Assembly: GCA_965287045.1 (NCBI GenBank)
Contig: OZ336877.1
Location: forward strand, 70,060,001 to 70,124,000
Reading direction: 5' to 3'
DNA: 64,000 nt
From: Carcharhinus amblyrhynchos
Taxonomy: Eukaryota
Shown: piece by piece, positions 25,775 to 37,739 of the stretch
Layout of the letters: each line of letters opens with the position of its first letter
Numbering within the stretch: position 1 is the first letter of the stretch
Position numbers and translations under genes: made by a program
Notes under the pieces: generated by a model
Told to the model about the DNA's origin: nothing
Databases searched by the model: none
Seen by the model: the letters and a program-made list of their open reading frames with translations, nothing else

Positions 25775-26603
25775 TGTTATGAATTTGCCTATATAAGGTA
25801 AAAAATGTGGTGTCTGGCAAATGTAAATATTGAAAAGAAATGCTGAAACCAAAAGAAGAAATCATATAGCATTATCTCTTTAAAAAACATTTGTTTTTCT
25901 GTGGATTTTAAACTACAGCATCAGTCTTGCAACGCTTGTATCCAAAGCAGCAGTCAGGGTTCCAACATAGCACAACAGGCTTTTGAATTGAACCAATGAG
26001 TTAAAGCAAACACACAGAGGCACCAAGACCAATGGAATTCAACAATGAGGCTTGTTGACAGCCTCAAACCACTCAGATTGCAGGAATACTGTGAGGTAGT
26101 TCCAGGTTTTTAAACCCAGACAAAGGGAAATAACTACCAGAGTAAGCTTGCAAATTCTTTAGTCAGTAGGAGGAAGGGGCAAGGCTTTCATATAGAATCC
26201 TGCAATAATATATATCTTCAGGAAATCACCATCTAAATTGAAGGAGATACCAGCTTAGGAATGACAGCATCTCCAAAGAATGTTCATACTTCCAAAAGAC
26301 ACTTGTTTGAGAGTGACTGTATTCTATAAGGATTTATCTTATTATTTCTGAATGAGTCTTGTAATATTTGGATAGCATTCTATTGGGATTTTATTTAGTT
26401 TGTTAATTGTTTAACAAGATTGTCAACCAGTTTTAAAAACTAAGAATAATAATGGTAGAGAGTGGCAGTTCCTGCTTTAATTTACCAAAGCTAGTAGCTT
26501 CCTACGACCTCACAAACTTTCGTAAAAGATTACAAGGCAAAGTATATCCCTTTGGGTGGTTCCAAAATTGTGCAGAGGGACACATCACATCTGTGTCGTA
26601 ACA
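25775..26603 (+). mobile_element. Solo LTR
   Basis: TGTTATGA...TCGTAACA inverted termini; TSD imperfect. Confidence 0.6.
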
Positions 26604-27086
26604 ATAGCCCCATATTAAAGAGAGCTATCAATCAAATTCTGAAGTTAAAGCCCCCACTGTGATAATGAAAACTTCTGGAAGTAGTCAAGCAGTACAAATA
26701 GTATAATGATAACCCTCAGGTTTAAGTCTACAAACAGCTATTATAATTGCAAGCACCAGTTAGAGACACATGAGGCTGTATACTCTAATTTAAAGGGCAG
26801 AGGAATTGAATAAGTTGATATCTTGGCAGCTCCATAGATGTTATTCACCTTTTATGCATACTCACATCTGGTCTTGAAAATGGTAACTCTCACCCTGTGG
26901 AAATGGACCTTGTTCCAGTGAAAACTCAGTTCTTAAATCTTAAGTAATCTTCCTGGGTTCAGGTTTCCACAGTAGTGAAAATATGAGCTGTTGGAAATGG
27001 CGGGTCGGGGGAGGGGATGATTTCAGATCCAGGATCCCATTGCCATTTTGGATAAGGTGCAGAGTCACCCCATTGCTGCAAAAATC

Positions 27087-28160
27087 CAGGGGTGATGTTT
27101 CCTAGAAAATTCTAAGTGTCAAAGTCATGTAAAAACTGGAGTAAATCATGCTTTTTTTTTCAGTGGGAGTTTCAAAATGAATCTCTCACACTCTGTGCAC
27201 TGCTGCAGGCACCAGCGTGATTCCTGGCAGAAACCAGCGGGCAGGGCCTATTCCCGCATAAGAGGCTGGCAGCATAGCACTGAGCGGGCCACTGCGCATG
27301 TGCTGAACTGTCAGTGCTGAGATCAGCGCATGCGCAATGGCTCCTGTATGCACACCACCTGATCACTGGCCAGCCCCGCGACCCATACATCACCAGCTGC
27401 GCAATCCCCCACAACCTGAACCCTAGCCCTCCTGAACATGCCCGGCCAGCCTCAATACCCCATCCAACCCCAGAGCCCCAATCTCAGGATCCACCCCCCC
27501 CATCACTGGCAGCGCCGACACCACGCCCCGCAGTCCCACCACCCCCAACACCCCAAGCAGGCTGCCGCCCATGCCCACCCAGATGGCCAGCCCCAATCAC
27601 TGGTCATCCTCCCTCTGTCACTTAGCCAAAGTGCAGAGAGGCAGCGGGACCCCCCACAGATTGTCCCCATCAGTCTCCACCCCATTAGGTCCCACCCCCT
27701 CGGCACTTCCCTAAGCCTGGTGGGCAGTGCCAGATGCCCCCTGGACATTAACACTTTGCTCCTTGGGCTGTGCGAGGGTGCCCAGGCTGGCACTGCAAAA
27801 TGGCAATGCCCAGGGGGAACCTCACCAGTGCCCAGTGTGGGCCTTGAATGTCCCCCTTCATTCCAGCAGGTGTGGGCCACCAGCTCCCCATAAGTGGGGA
27901 GCTATACTAAACCCCTGCTGGAGTGAAATACTCCTTGTAGGGGGAAAAGACAAGCAGGCCTGAAGATTTCAGTCCTGGGCCAGCTAATGGCATTTAAACT
28001 GTACTTAATTTAGGGTTTGCACATATCATGCAGTTACATGCCGATTTCTGGTGTGGAGCTGACGGCAACGGAAATCCAGCAGTGGGAGATGTGTAGTGGC
28101 CATGGTGCCCAGTGAGGAACACCCACCAAGCAGCACAATAGGCTGGGAGAATTCCCCCCC
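27087..28160. mobile_element. GC-rich Harbinger-like MITE
   Basis: Internal sequence related (inverted) to 23113-24377; ends gggagaattcccc. Confidence 0.55.
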
Positions 28161-28625
28161 ACTGCTCCCCCACCACCCCCAAGTTAAGTTCAGTTAGAAA
28201 AGTAAAGAGAAAAATTCAAAGTGCTTCAAATTATGTTGGTGACAATATCCTGCCAAATGTACAGGGCACGGTTCAGACCCCATTGGTGTTTGTGGGGTCA
28301 ACATGAGGTCAGATGGCTTGCATCGTTTAAGCATAGCTCTGTCACGACAGACACATCTCAGATTCCATACTCAGAGGAAGAAACATGCAAGGCTATGGGC
28401 CAAGTACTGGTAAATGGAATTAGGTAGGATGTCAGGTGATCTGTCCAGACTTGATGGGCTCAAGGACCTCTTCTACGTTATCTAGCAAAGTCTAGCACAA
28501 TTCTATGATTTTAACAGTGCCAGTCCACCTCTAGAAGGAACTGAGGCTTGACACACAAATTTATTCCAGAATCCTGGCTTGGATCCACAGATGGGGCCTA
28601 CACACAGTATATTGTCTGCTAATGA

Positions 28626-28910
28626 GGCGACACAGTAGCATAGTGGTTAGCACTGCTGCTTCACAGTGCCAGGGAGCTGGGTTCAGTTCCTGGTTTGGGT
28701 CACTGTCTGTGTGGAGTTTGCACATTCTCCCTCTGTTTGTGTGGGTTTCCTTTGGGTACTCAGGTTTCCTCTCACATTCAAAAGACATGCTGGTTAGGTG
28801 CATTAACCCAAAGAAGTGCCGGACTGTAGCGATTAGGGGAATTTCACAGTAACTTCATCGCAGTGTTAATGCATGCCTTACTTGTGACTAATACATAAAC
28901 TTTACTTTAA
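28626..28910 (+). mobile_element. V-SINE (alternative tail)
   Basis: A/B boxes, V-domain, ttcacagtaac...tgtgactaat tail. Confidence 0.85.
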
Positions 28911-29059
28911 GCACCACTTGGCCTCTGACAGGCCAGGAATATGGAAACAACTAGTGTTGAGAGTTCCCAGGAAGAGTCAATACTGGACTCAAAGCGTTAA
29001 CTTTGTCTTTCACTTTCTACAGATGCTGCCAGACAAGTTGAGTTTTTCCAGCACTTTCA

Positions 29060-29439
29060 CCACAGTAATACTTCCTCCTGTGTCAATAGTCATGGTTTGA
29101 GCGCTGGGAAGACTTGGTCCACAGCAGGCTAATTGAAAAGTCTAGCACGAGGTCAGATTCCTTCATATCTCAGTTTTGACCTCATTTATAGCAAGTCTAC
29201 GGCACTTCAGACAGATTCGCAGCAGGGTGGGCCACAGATTCCTGCTTTTATCGTGTGCGTTGAACTACCGTTTCAGTAGACTGCCAATCAAGAAAACACT
29301 TCCCAGATCAGACAGAACAGTCAGACAGCTTCCTAGGTGTGACAATGATTATGAAGTTACTCTAATAGTGAAACATGACAGTCATGAGCATGTAACATTC
29401 GTCAATCCACACTTCTGTTTCTCAAGAGCTAGCAGGTAC
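29060..29439 (-). pseudogene. GREB1-like relic terminal exon (weak)
   Basis: Strong acceptor tttgttccttattttttcAG. VMFHY*SNFIIIV...FLDWQ has similar spacing to KKFHFLKGATLCVI...EDEWQ. Confidence 0.4.
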
Positions 29440-29597
29440 CTGAAAAAATAAGGAACAAACTTTCATCCATAGAGGTAACCAGGTGGCAGTTAATCTAACC
29501 AAATGACACATAGATCACCAAAGCCATGTTGATCCCATTATACAAAAGATCTTAAAATGAAAGCAGCAAATTTATGGATCAGAGTGCACTGCCCCAT

Positions 29598-30345
29598 TCA
29601 TAGAAAAATAGAAACTAGAGGCAGGAGTAGGCCATTTGGTCCTTTGAGCCTGCTTTGCCATTCATTTTGATCATCGAATTCAATATCCTGATCCCTTTAG
29701 CCCCAAGAGCTATATCTAATTTCTCCTTGAAATCAGAAAATGTTTTGGTCTCAACTACATTCTGTGTAGTGAATTCCCATATTCCCCACCCTCTGGGTGA
29801 AGAAATTTCTCCTAGTTCTGGACTCCCCGACCATCAGAATGATTTTTTCTAAATCTACCTTGTCTAACCCTGTTAGAATGTTATACATTTCCATGAGATC
29901 CCCTTCATTCTTCTAAACGCATGTGAACAAGTTTAACTGACTTTGTCTCTCCTCATATGACAGACTTGCCATCCACAGAAATCAACCTGGGAAACATTCA
30001 CTGTATTGCCTCTATGGCAAGGACATCCTTCCTCACGTAAGGACATAAAAACTGCACATAATACTCCAGCAGTGCCCTCACCAATGCCCTACACAATTGC
30101 AGCAAAACATCCCTATCTGTATACTCAAATCCTCTCACTATGAAGTCCAAAGTACCATTTGCCTCTTTACTGCCTGCTGTAACTGTGCACTTACTTTCAG
30201 CAACTGATGCATGAGGACACCAAACTCTCATTGAGTATCCACCTTTCTCAATTTATGCCCATTCAAGTAATAATCCATCTTCTTATTTTTGCTGTCAAAG
30301 TGGATAACCTGACATTCATTAACATAATAATGCATCTACCATGCA
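29598..30345 (-). mobile_element. Old CR1 LINE 3' fragment
   Basis: ANGTLDFIVRGFEY..RDVLLQLCRALVRALLEYYVQF. Confidence 0.85.
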
Positions 30346-30351
30346 TTCAGC

Positions 30352-30995
30352 TAGCCCTATTTTACCATTTTGATTCGAAGTGCTGGGTGGACTTGAAACT
30401 GGGAGTGTTTCAGACCCAACTTTTAGACCTGTTCTGAGGCGCCCACGTACACACGCTGCCTGAAAAAATATCAGCGATTCCGAACTGTGCTGCACAAGCC
30501 TGTGAGCGGGGTTTAACATGCCTGAAACCCTGCAGCTCCTATTGGCGCCTTCAGCTGCACATACACAGAAAAGATATGATAGAATGATGCTCCCCTGCCA
30601 CATCCCGCCTGGGCTGGATAATGCCTCTCCCTGGCCCCCACAAACATTGCCCCACCCCACCCCCCCCCCAACTTTACTGACCCGCTCATCCCTCCACCCC
30701 CTCAGCTATCCAGACAAATCGTGGGCCCACCCCCCCATCCCAGGCAGAGTAGCAATGGAAGCCCCCATTCCCCCCTCCCCACCACTCTGGCAAAATAGTA
30801 GCAAACCGCCCTTCCCCCCAGTTGACCAGAGGCAGCATGGCAGCAGACCCCCATTCATGCCTCCCCCGCCGCACACACACACACACCGATCTTAAGTAGG
30901 AGGTGGGCGTAGATCATGCTACTTGCCTTACACCTGACTTTACCAAGTTTTTGCACCTGAAAACGGGCTCAACGCAATGGTAAAAATCAGACCCA
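30352..30995. mobile_element. MITE, same family as 3991-4815 (inverted)
   Basis: gccctattttaccattttgattc...tggtaaaaatcagaccc. Confidence 0.7.
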
Positions 30996-31353
30996 GTCTG
31001 TCCAAATCCACACAAAAGGAAGCAGTTCATGGTGAAACTCTTACCAAGTAGTTCCAGGCAGGGAGTCTGGGAAATGTCTGGTCCACACAAGAATGGTCCA
31101 GGACTGGAGGCCAGTGTGTTGTATCAGATGAGTGATATGCATCTCCAAATAGTCGTAAATGGGTCTCTTTGGGGCTGAACTGTGGGGGTGTTGGTGGGAT
31201 TGAGCTCAGATCAGAGAAATGGATTGTGCCCTTTGGTTTCTATCAATTTTCCACCAAAGCTACAGTGGCTGATTTTGAGATTTCTTAAGCAAAATCCCAG
31301 TGTTGGTGTATAGTATAATAAAGTCACTGATATTAGTTTTAAAGATACATACA

Positions 31354-34030
31354 CCTAAAAATATTGCAGTTCTTCTTTCAATTGTTATTCATTATCCATT
31401 TTCCTTTTCATTCTTTTGTATATGCCATTATGATTTTTGCTTTTGCATTGAAATTGTCTCCTTGGTATAAATGGTGGGTGACTGCCAGAAACCTCTATTT
31501 TTCATTTCCATTATGCCTGTCTGTAAGTGGCACTGTGGTACAAATTTTAATGGTATTAAGTATATTGCTTTTGCACCATTGTTATGTGATTGGCTTGTTT
31601 TATAAAGATCTAAATTACTACTGCCTTTCTTTGAACAGAATGGGACCTGTATGAACCAAAATCATTTGGGGGAACAGAACTAGAATAAGGATGGACAATA
31701 ATGTCATTGTTCTATGATTTTTAAATATGAGTCAGTAAAAACTGGACTTTCCAAATAAACTTAAGTGTGAATAGCTGCTAGAATTTTCGAAATGAGCCAT
31801 CCCACCAAACGCTGCCATCAGGCCCTGTCTTGACTAGCTGTGATCAATTTGCTGACACTCCTTGGGGTTTTTTGAGAGACAGAAAATATTCTGCATTCCC
31901 CTAATGCTTGGAGAATCTATGAGCATATTTCCAATTTTTTTTCCCAAAAGACCAAATATTTCCTTGCTTAGTCTGGACAAATCTCCAAGTCCAGTATCTT
32001 GCAGGAAAATGTTATAGGCAAGTGAAGTCCTTGTTTGATAAGCGTAGCTGAAATGCTTAACCATATGCCAAGTCGCCCACCTTCTATCTCATCCTAGAAA
32101 ACTCACAGGCTACTTGTAATTTTTCCTGCCATCCTGAAAAATTTCTTCATCATGATTATCTGCACTTTACTTGCTCATCTGGTAATCAGGTATTCAAGGG
32201 CCATTCATCACTACCAGAGGTATTGTCCATGTCCCATCACTTCAATAGCACAAATTATCTTGTCATATTTTCTTCCCCACTAGTTCTATTCTGATCAGAC
32301 TTGAGCACTGATTTTCATTACTGAGGTGATAGCTCAAGGCAAGAAATATCCTCACATGCTGCAACCCGCCTCAATAGAAAGACCCCTGAATGCCACAATC
32401 TTCCCTCTAGGGCAGATAGGGGAAATCGGCCTGCTAAACTTCTGCACTCTGGCAATGTGAGTTGACTGGCTGAAGCATTCAGAAGTCTCTGCGATAGATG
32501 ATATCTGAATGCTGCACCTGTTATGGCAGCCTTGGCATGGATTTTTCCCATAGCATAGATGAGTGTATGTCCACTCATATAGGTTCAAGCAGTTAACATT
32601 CCCACTGTGACCCATCGCCACAATGAAGAGCATGTCCCTGATAGCACAGTAGAATGGACTTACATCACTGTTATGATGTATTTATAGGGAAAGGGTGTTC
32701 ACAACGCCTTAGTGATGGCTTGGCCTGGGTCTGCAAGGCTACGATGATTTACAGCTTTGAGGAGATGGTAATGGAAATAGCCAGGGTGCCAGCGCAGCTG
32801 AATAGCGGTGATGAAAAATTATCCATAACAGGTGCCAAAGGCAGTGTTAGAGACACTTTCAAACATGGTGCTGATGGAGAATGTTACGCTGTTCATGATG
32901 AAGCTTTCACAAAAGTGGTTAAAGGCAATGTTTGGGTCTGTGTACGCTCTCAAAATGTCAAAAGTTGACTCTAATTAGATCCTTTTATGTCTCACACAAT
33001 TCCTTGTCACACTTGATCATCACCTCTTAATGCATCTCCACTGCTGCCACCCTCCTCCTTCAACATGATTTATTATTGTCACATTATTAGTATAGAGTGA
33101 AAAGTATTGTTTCTTGCGCACTATACAAAGCATACTGTACATAGAGAAGAAAAGGAGAGGGCGCAGAATGTAGTGCTACAGTCACAACTAGGGGGTAGGA
33201 AAAGATCAGCTTAAGGTAGGTCCATTCAAAGTTTGATGGCACCTAGGAAGAAGCTATTCTTGAATCAGTTGGTACATGACCTCAGACTTTTGTATCTTTT
33301 TCTTGACAGAAGAGGGTGGAAGAGAATATGTCCCGGTGCATGGGGTCCTTAATTATGCTGGCTGCTTTTCCAAGGCAACGGGAAATGTAGACAATGTCAA
33401 TGGATGGGAGACTAGTTTGCGTGATGGACTGGGATTCATTCAAGACTCTTTGTAATATGTTATAGTCTTGGGCAGAGTAGGAGCCATACCAAACTGTGGT
33501 ACAATCAGAAGGAATGGTTTCTATGGTGCATCTGTAAAAGCTGATGCGAGTTGTAGCGGGCCTGCCAAATTTCCTTAGTTCCCCCGAGAAAGTAGAAGCA
33601 TTGGTGGGCTTTCTTAACTATAGCACTGGCATGGAGAGACCAGGACAGTTAGCGATCTGGACACTTAGAAATTTGAAGCTCTTGATCATTCCCTCTTCAT
33701 CCCCATCATTCCCCACAGACAACTCTACTCCCCTCCCCAGCTGGTGCACCCCAGCAGTCAGCCCCGATTAACAGACATGAAAGCCAACTCAGAGTAATGA
33801 GGAGGATGAAGGTTCCAAGAACAACTTGGCTATCTCATCTTCTACTGCTTTTCTGCCCATCCACCACAGCCCTCATCTGTGATACATGTCCCATTGACAA
33901 TAGCTGCCTATGCAGCAATGCAGATCCCACAGACTCAGGTTGGTTACTTCATCCGCCTGGTCCAATAACAAAACAAGAGCCATTGAAACTTGTTATAACT
34001 ACAGAGGCACAGAAAGGCACAATCTATCTC
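31354..34030 (-). pseudogene. Large GREB1-like relic exon including TAGT glycosyltransferase-like region; interrupted by Rex1/Babar LINE at 33065-33710
   Basis: LRAYTDPNIAFNHFCE..FESVSNTAF..Y..AIQLRWHP ~ LSKYAAYNTYHHCE..YESTLHAF..Y..EIQLHFIIP; LFIVAMGH...LNLY ~ PTFTPTTGR...FNLY; LALSYH ~ KELSYH; FLG*DRRW ~ LLGLRKW; EK*RFL..HHL ~ EKFL..HL. An in-register antisense ORF (32654-32968) is consistent with codon-biased coding origin. Confidence 0.65.
33065..33710 (-). mobile_element. Rex1/Babar-type LINE 3' end
   Basis: Homologous to 11045-11700 and 430-840. Confidence 0.8.
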
Positions 34031-34389
34031 CTAAGGTGAAGCACAGATTTTAACCTGAGGCATGGAAATGGCTCATTAGCTTGCAACAAACTTATTAATG
34101 GGTAATATCACATGTCTTAAACTTCTGGCATTTAGGAAAGTTTAATTATTACATTTTAGACTCACAACTCAGTCTGCTGTTTAACCACCAGCCTACAAAC
34201 ATCACAGAAGTACTCCAGGCTGACCAACAGTTTGCACCAAGGTCACGCCTCCTCACAGCTAGTTTCTCTGGAAGGCTTGTGCCATCTCCTGCTGAGCAGA
34301 CCAAGTCTCTGGGCAGTATTTTATGACTGTGCCCCCCCCCCCCACTTTCCGGCACAATGTGGTCGTAAAGTGGGGCATATAGCGAATGG

Positions 34390-35152
34390 TGCAATTGCAG
34401 CTAGTTTCCATGACTGGCGCCATTTTATGAGTGCAGGATTTCTGGCACAGTCAGCCTCTCACCCATTCCTGGTAAATTCCTAATTTATATAAACAGATGC
34501 AAATCTCCTTTTCAATGTGCTTACCAAGGCCAGTGCTCAATCTCCAACAACACCCCCACCCCCACCCCCAAGGAGGCCGACGGCAAGGAGGTGTGCCCTT
34601 GGACAGTGTCAGACTGGCAGTGCCACCCTGACACCTGGGCAATGCCAATCTGGCACCTGAGCAATGTCCACTGGCCAGTGACAGGGAGTGGAGCCAATGG
34701 GGCAGGGGACAGTGGGGCATGCCAATTGGCCAGTGGGCAGCCAGACTAATAGGGAGAGAGGGCACTGCTACTCTGCAGCGACCAGTGGGGGGAGGGTAGT
34801 GCGTCCGCTATCATTGGAGGAGGGCAGCAGGTCCATGATTGGTGGGGGAGGGGGGCCTGGGATTGGTCTGGGCAACAGTGTACAGGGGGCCGCATCTTGG
34901 GCCGCAGAGAAGGAAGACGCTTCAGGCTACCTGCAGTAGCAGGGGCCTGACAGCTCTCTCTTTGTCTGTCAGACCTCTGCTTTCAGGTACTTTAAGTCCT
35001 ACCCACCGGCTTCTACAGCGAACATTTGACTTGCTCAAAATTTTGTAGCCAGAGTGTGTATGGGGGCCTAAAATGAGCCCAAAAATGGATCTGAAACACA
35101 CCCAGTTACACGCCCACCCAGCACTCAGACAAAAAGTGGTAAAATTCTGGCC
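34390..35152. mobile_element. GC-rich MITE remnant
   Basis: Ends ggtaaaattctggcc; internal similarity to 3991-4815. Confidence 0.5.
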
Positions 35153-35159
35153 TCTGTGT

Positions 35160-35910
35160 AACAAAGGGGTAGAGTTAGGAACACCAACCCTGATCCTTCA
35201 TTGTGTATAGTTCTTCTCATCAATAAATCCTTTATTGTCTGCCATATTGAGTCACCTTGAATTATTACACTGACAACAAGAAAAGAACAGATCAGTCATT
35301 GAAAGCTCGCAGTGTAAAGTTAGAGGGGGAGGAAAGTGATCACTGAAAGTTGAAGTACAAAAGAAAAGGACTCTGTCTTAAGGTGCCACTATTTGGGAAG
35401 ACAGAGCCTTTTGACCCTGAGATCAAGAGTTGGGGACAGTACTTTGAGAGGTTGCAGTACTATTTTTGTAGCAAAGGTAATAGCAGCCAAGGTAAAACAG
35501 AAGGTGATACTTCTCAGTCTGCATCCCACAAACTTACAATCTTGAGGAGTTTGACATCACCCAAAACTCCTGACACAAAAACCTTTGACCAGTTAGTCAA
35601 TTTAGTTAAGGATCTCTATGACCCTCAACCTTCTGTTATCATGCAAAGGTAAACATTCCACTCTGGAGAGAGAGATTTAGGAGAGACTGTCTCCAGCTTC
35701 ATGGCCAGATTTTGATGGCCGGCTGAGCCCTGCGCGCACACAAACCTGGGCCAATCAGGAGCAAAGACGAGCATTCCTGGAGCTGGAAGGCTTCAATTGC
35801 AGCCAAGGCGTTGTTAGAAGTAGACGTATATAGTTATGCTGTTGAACCTATTATTGCATATAGTTCTTCTCATCAATAAATTATTTAGTTAGTTAACTGC
35901 TGCGAGTTAT
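35160..35910 (+). mobile_element. Internally deleted Gypsy element (LTR piece, gag N-terminus, LTR piece)
   Basis: PLFGKTEPFDPEIKSWGQYFERLQYYF..KTFDQLVNLVKD..PQPSVIMQR; direct repeat tatagttcttctcatcaataaat at ~35205 and ~35858. Confidence 0.7.
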
Positions 35911-36009
35911 TACAGAAGTGAAATGTATTGATTTGCACTACTGTTTTTTCTTTCCATGAATGCAAAGGAAGGTAATGGAAGGAAAAAAACAGCTGCAGAT
36001 CAGAGACCG

Positions 36010-36169
36010 TCCTAAAGGAGTCTAATCCATTTATGTCCAAAGTTTTTCATTGCTGTGCTTCTGGCACAAGTGTGAATGGAGCACAAGGAGTGAGCGCACA
36101 AAGTGAGCATAAAGTATGTCAAAATGTGACAGCTAACGTCAATGCTATCTCCACCATTCAATAGGCAGA
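36010..36169 (-). pseudogene. GREB1-like relic exon (weak)
   Basis: Acceptor ccttcttttAG. GDS...LTYFML...IHTCARSTAMKNFG resembles G(E/D)TFPRSLRYCDL..INSSCLVRTALEQELG. Confidence 0.35.
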
Positions 36170-36659
36170 CTAAAAGAAGGTTCGCAATAAGAAAATACAC
36201 AAACCAAAGGTACAAGTTTTCATGTAAAGCATCACAACAGGATGCAATGCACATGAAGGGAGTTTATAGTTGTGAGAAATAAATAAATTTCTCCAAGGTA
36301 TTTTAGGTGATAAGAGTATAAATTGCACTGTACATTTTCTGAGTGGGAATTATAAGCTTATCAGTGGCCTTGCCCTGTGCTCTGGATAATATTTTGAAAT
36401 CTTAATTAAATTAAATCTTATTCAAGTCCCAGAAAAAGTATTTAGTCTGAGTTAACTAAGCAGCTGGTGTAGATCTTCCTTATTGTTGAGGTTAGCATAG
36501 CCCTAAGAAACAGTAGTCAGCTGTTTTCCTCACTAACTTTCACTCTTGGTTTATTTTTAAACCAAAGTAGCCTATTAATGTTGTCTGTCTCCAAGCTCCC
36601 ACTTTTAATTCACAAGTTATTTTTAATAAGAAATGAAGAAAGGCAGGAATAATCAGTCT

Positions 36660-37610
36660 TAAGTTTTTTCTAATCGTTTGTGGATATGCATGACACTTAC
36701 ATTTTTTTACCTTTTCCTAATTGCATTTGGAAATGATGAGCTGTCTTTCCAGTGATATATTTCTAAGTCAGAATGGTATGTGGCTTGGAGGGGAACGTGT
36801 GGATGGTGCTGTTCCCAAACATTCTTTGCCCTTGTCCTCCTAGACAGTAGAGGTCATGGCTTTGGAAAGTGCTGTCAACAAAATCTTTGACTAGATACAA
36901 TGGGTATTGTAGAAAATACCTATTGTTGTGCATTAGTGGTGAAGGGAGTAAATGTGGCTGCTTCATATTTCAACCGACTCTTTTGTCCTGGATCGGGAGT
37001 CAAAAGATAAGTTGCCGATAGAAAAACTACCCAAAATCTGATCTGTTTTTCAAGGCTGCGCCAGTTCCATTTCTGATCAACAGTGACCTCCTTGGATTTT
37101 GATGGGAATGCAATTGAATGTCAAAGCGAGGTGTGATTCTCTCCTGTTGGAGATAGCTATTGCCTTACACTTGTGTGGGAGAAACATTGCTTTCCGAATT
37201 ATCAGCCCAATTCGAAATGCTGTCTAGATAAAGGTGCATATAACAATAACAGCTTCATTATCCAAGAAGTTGTAAGCGGAACCGGACATGATGCAGTCAT
37301 CAGGGAACAAACTGCTGAAGATGGTTGGGCCAAGAACATTCCTGCAACGATGTTCTAGTGCAAAGAGATTGGTCTCCAGTAATTACACGTGATACATATG
37401 ACCCACTCAAGAGAGAGTTTTCCCTTTTTCCACTGACATCAATTTTACCAGAGCTCCTTAATGCCACACTTGGTCCAGTGCTGCTTTGTTTACGAAGACT
37501 GTCATTCATATCACACCTCTGGCATTCATGTTTTGTCCATGTTTGAGCCAAAGTTGTAATGAGGTTTGGCACAGAGTGGATCTGGCAGAATCCCAGCTGA
37601 GCAGGAGTAG
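36660..37610 (-). mobile_element. Old CR1/L2-group LINE fragment
   Basis: Degenerate RT C-terminal region (IQDK, FPSKPHTILT). Confidence 0.55.
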
Positions 37611-37739
37611 GGCATTATGCCACTCATTATGCCAGTCATCCAATGAGACCCAGAGGGGTCAGGAATAGAATCTATTTGGCTAGAGCTAAGTAATAAAAAG
37701 TATGCAAATACATTGCTTGGTGTAGCCTATAAGCCACCG

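Noticed and set aside
23277-30895. Pro/Gly-rich ORFs (23472, 24032, 27438, 30518 etc.)
   Set aside because: Arise from GC-rich MITE interiors and C-rich repeats.
32215-32280. KYDKIICAIEVMGH resembles a cyclopropane-synthase/methyltransferase motif
   Set aside because: Isolated short match in an alternative frame with stops on both sides.
32690-32830. FF...QL...GYFHYHLL resembles a parvoviral Rep HUH motif; SISTMFE resembles a filovirus L segment
   Set aside because: No SF3 Walker A or RdRp motifs nearby, and the surrounding collinear GREB1-like matches explain the segment better.
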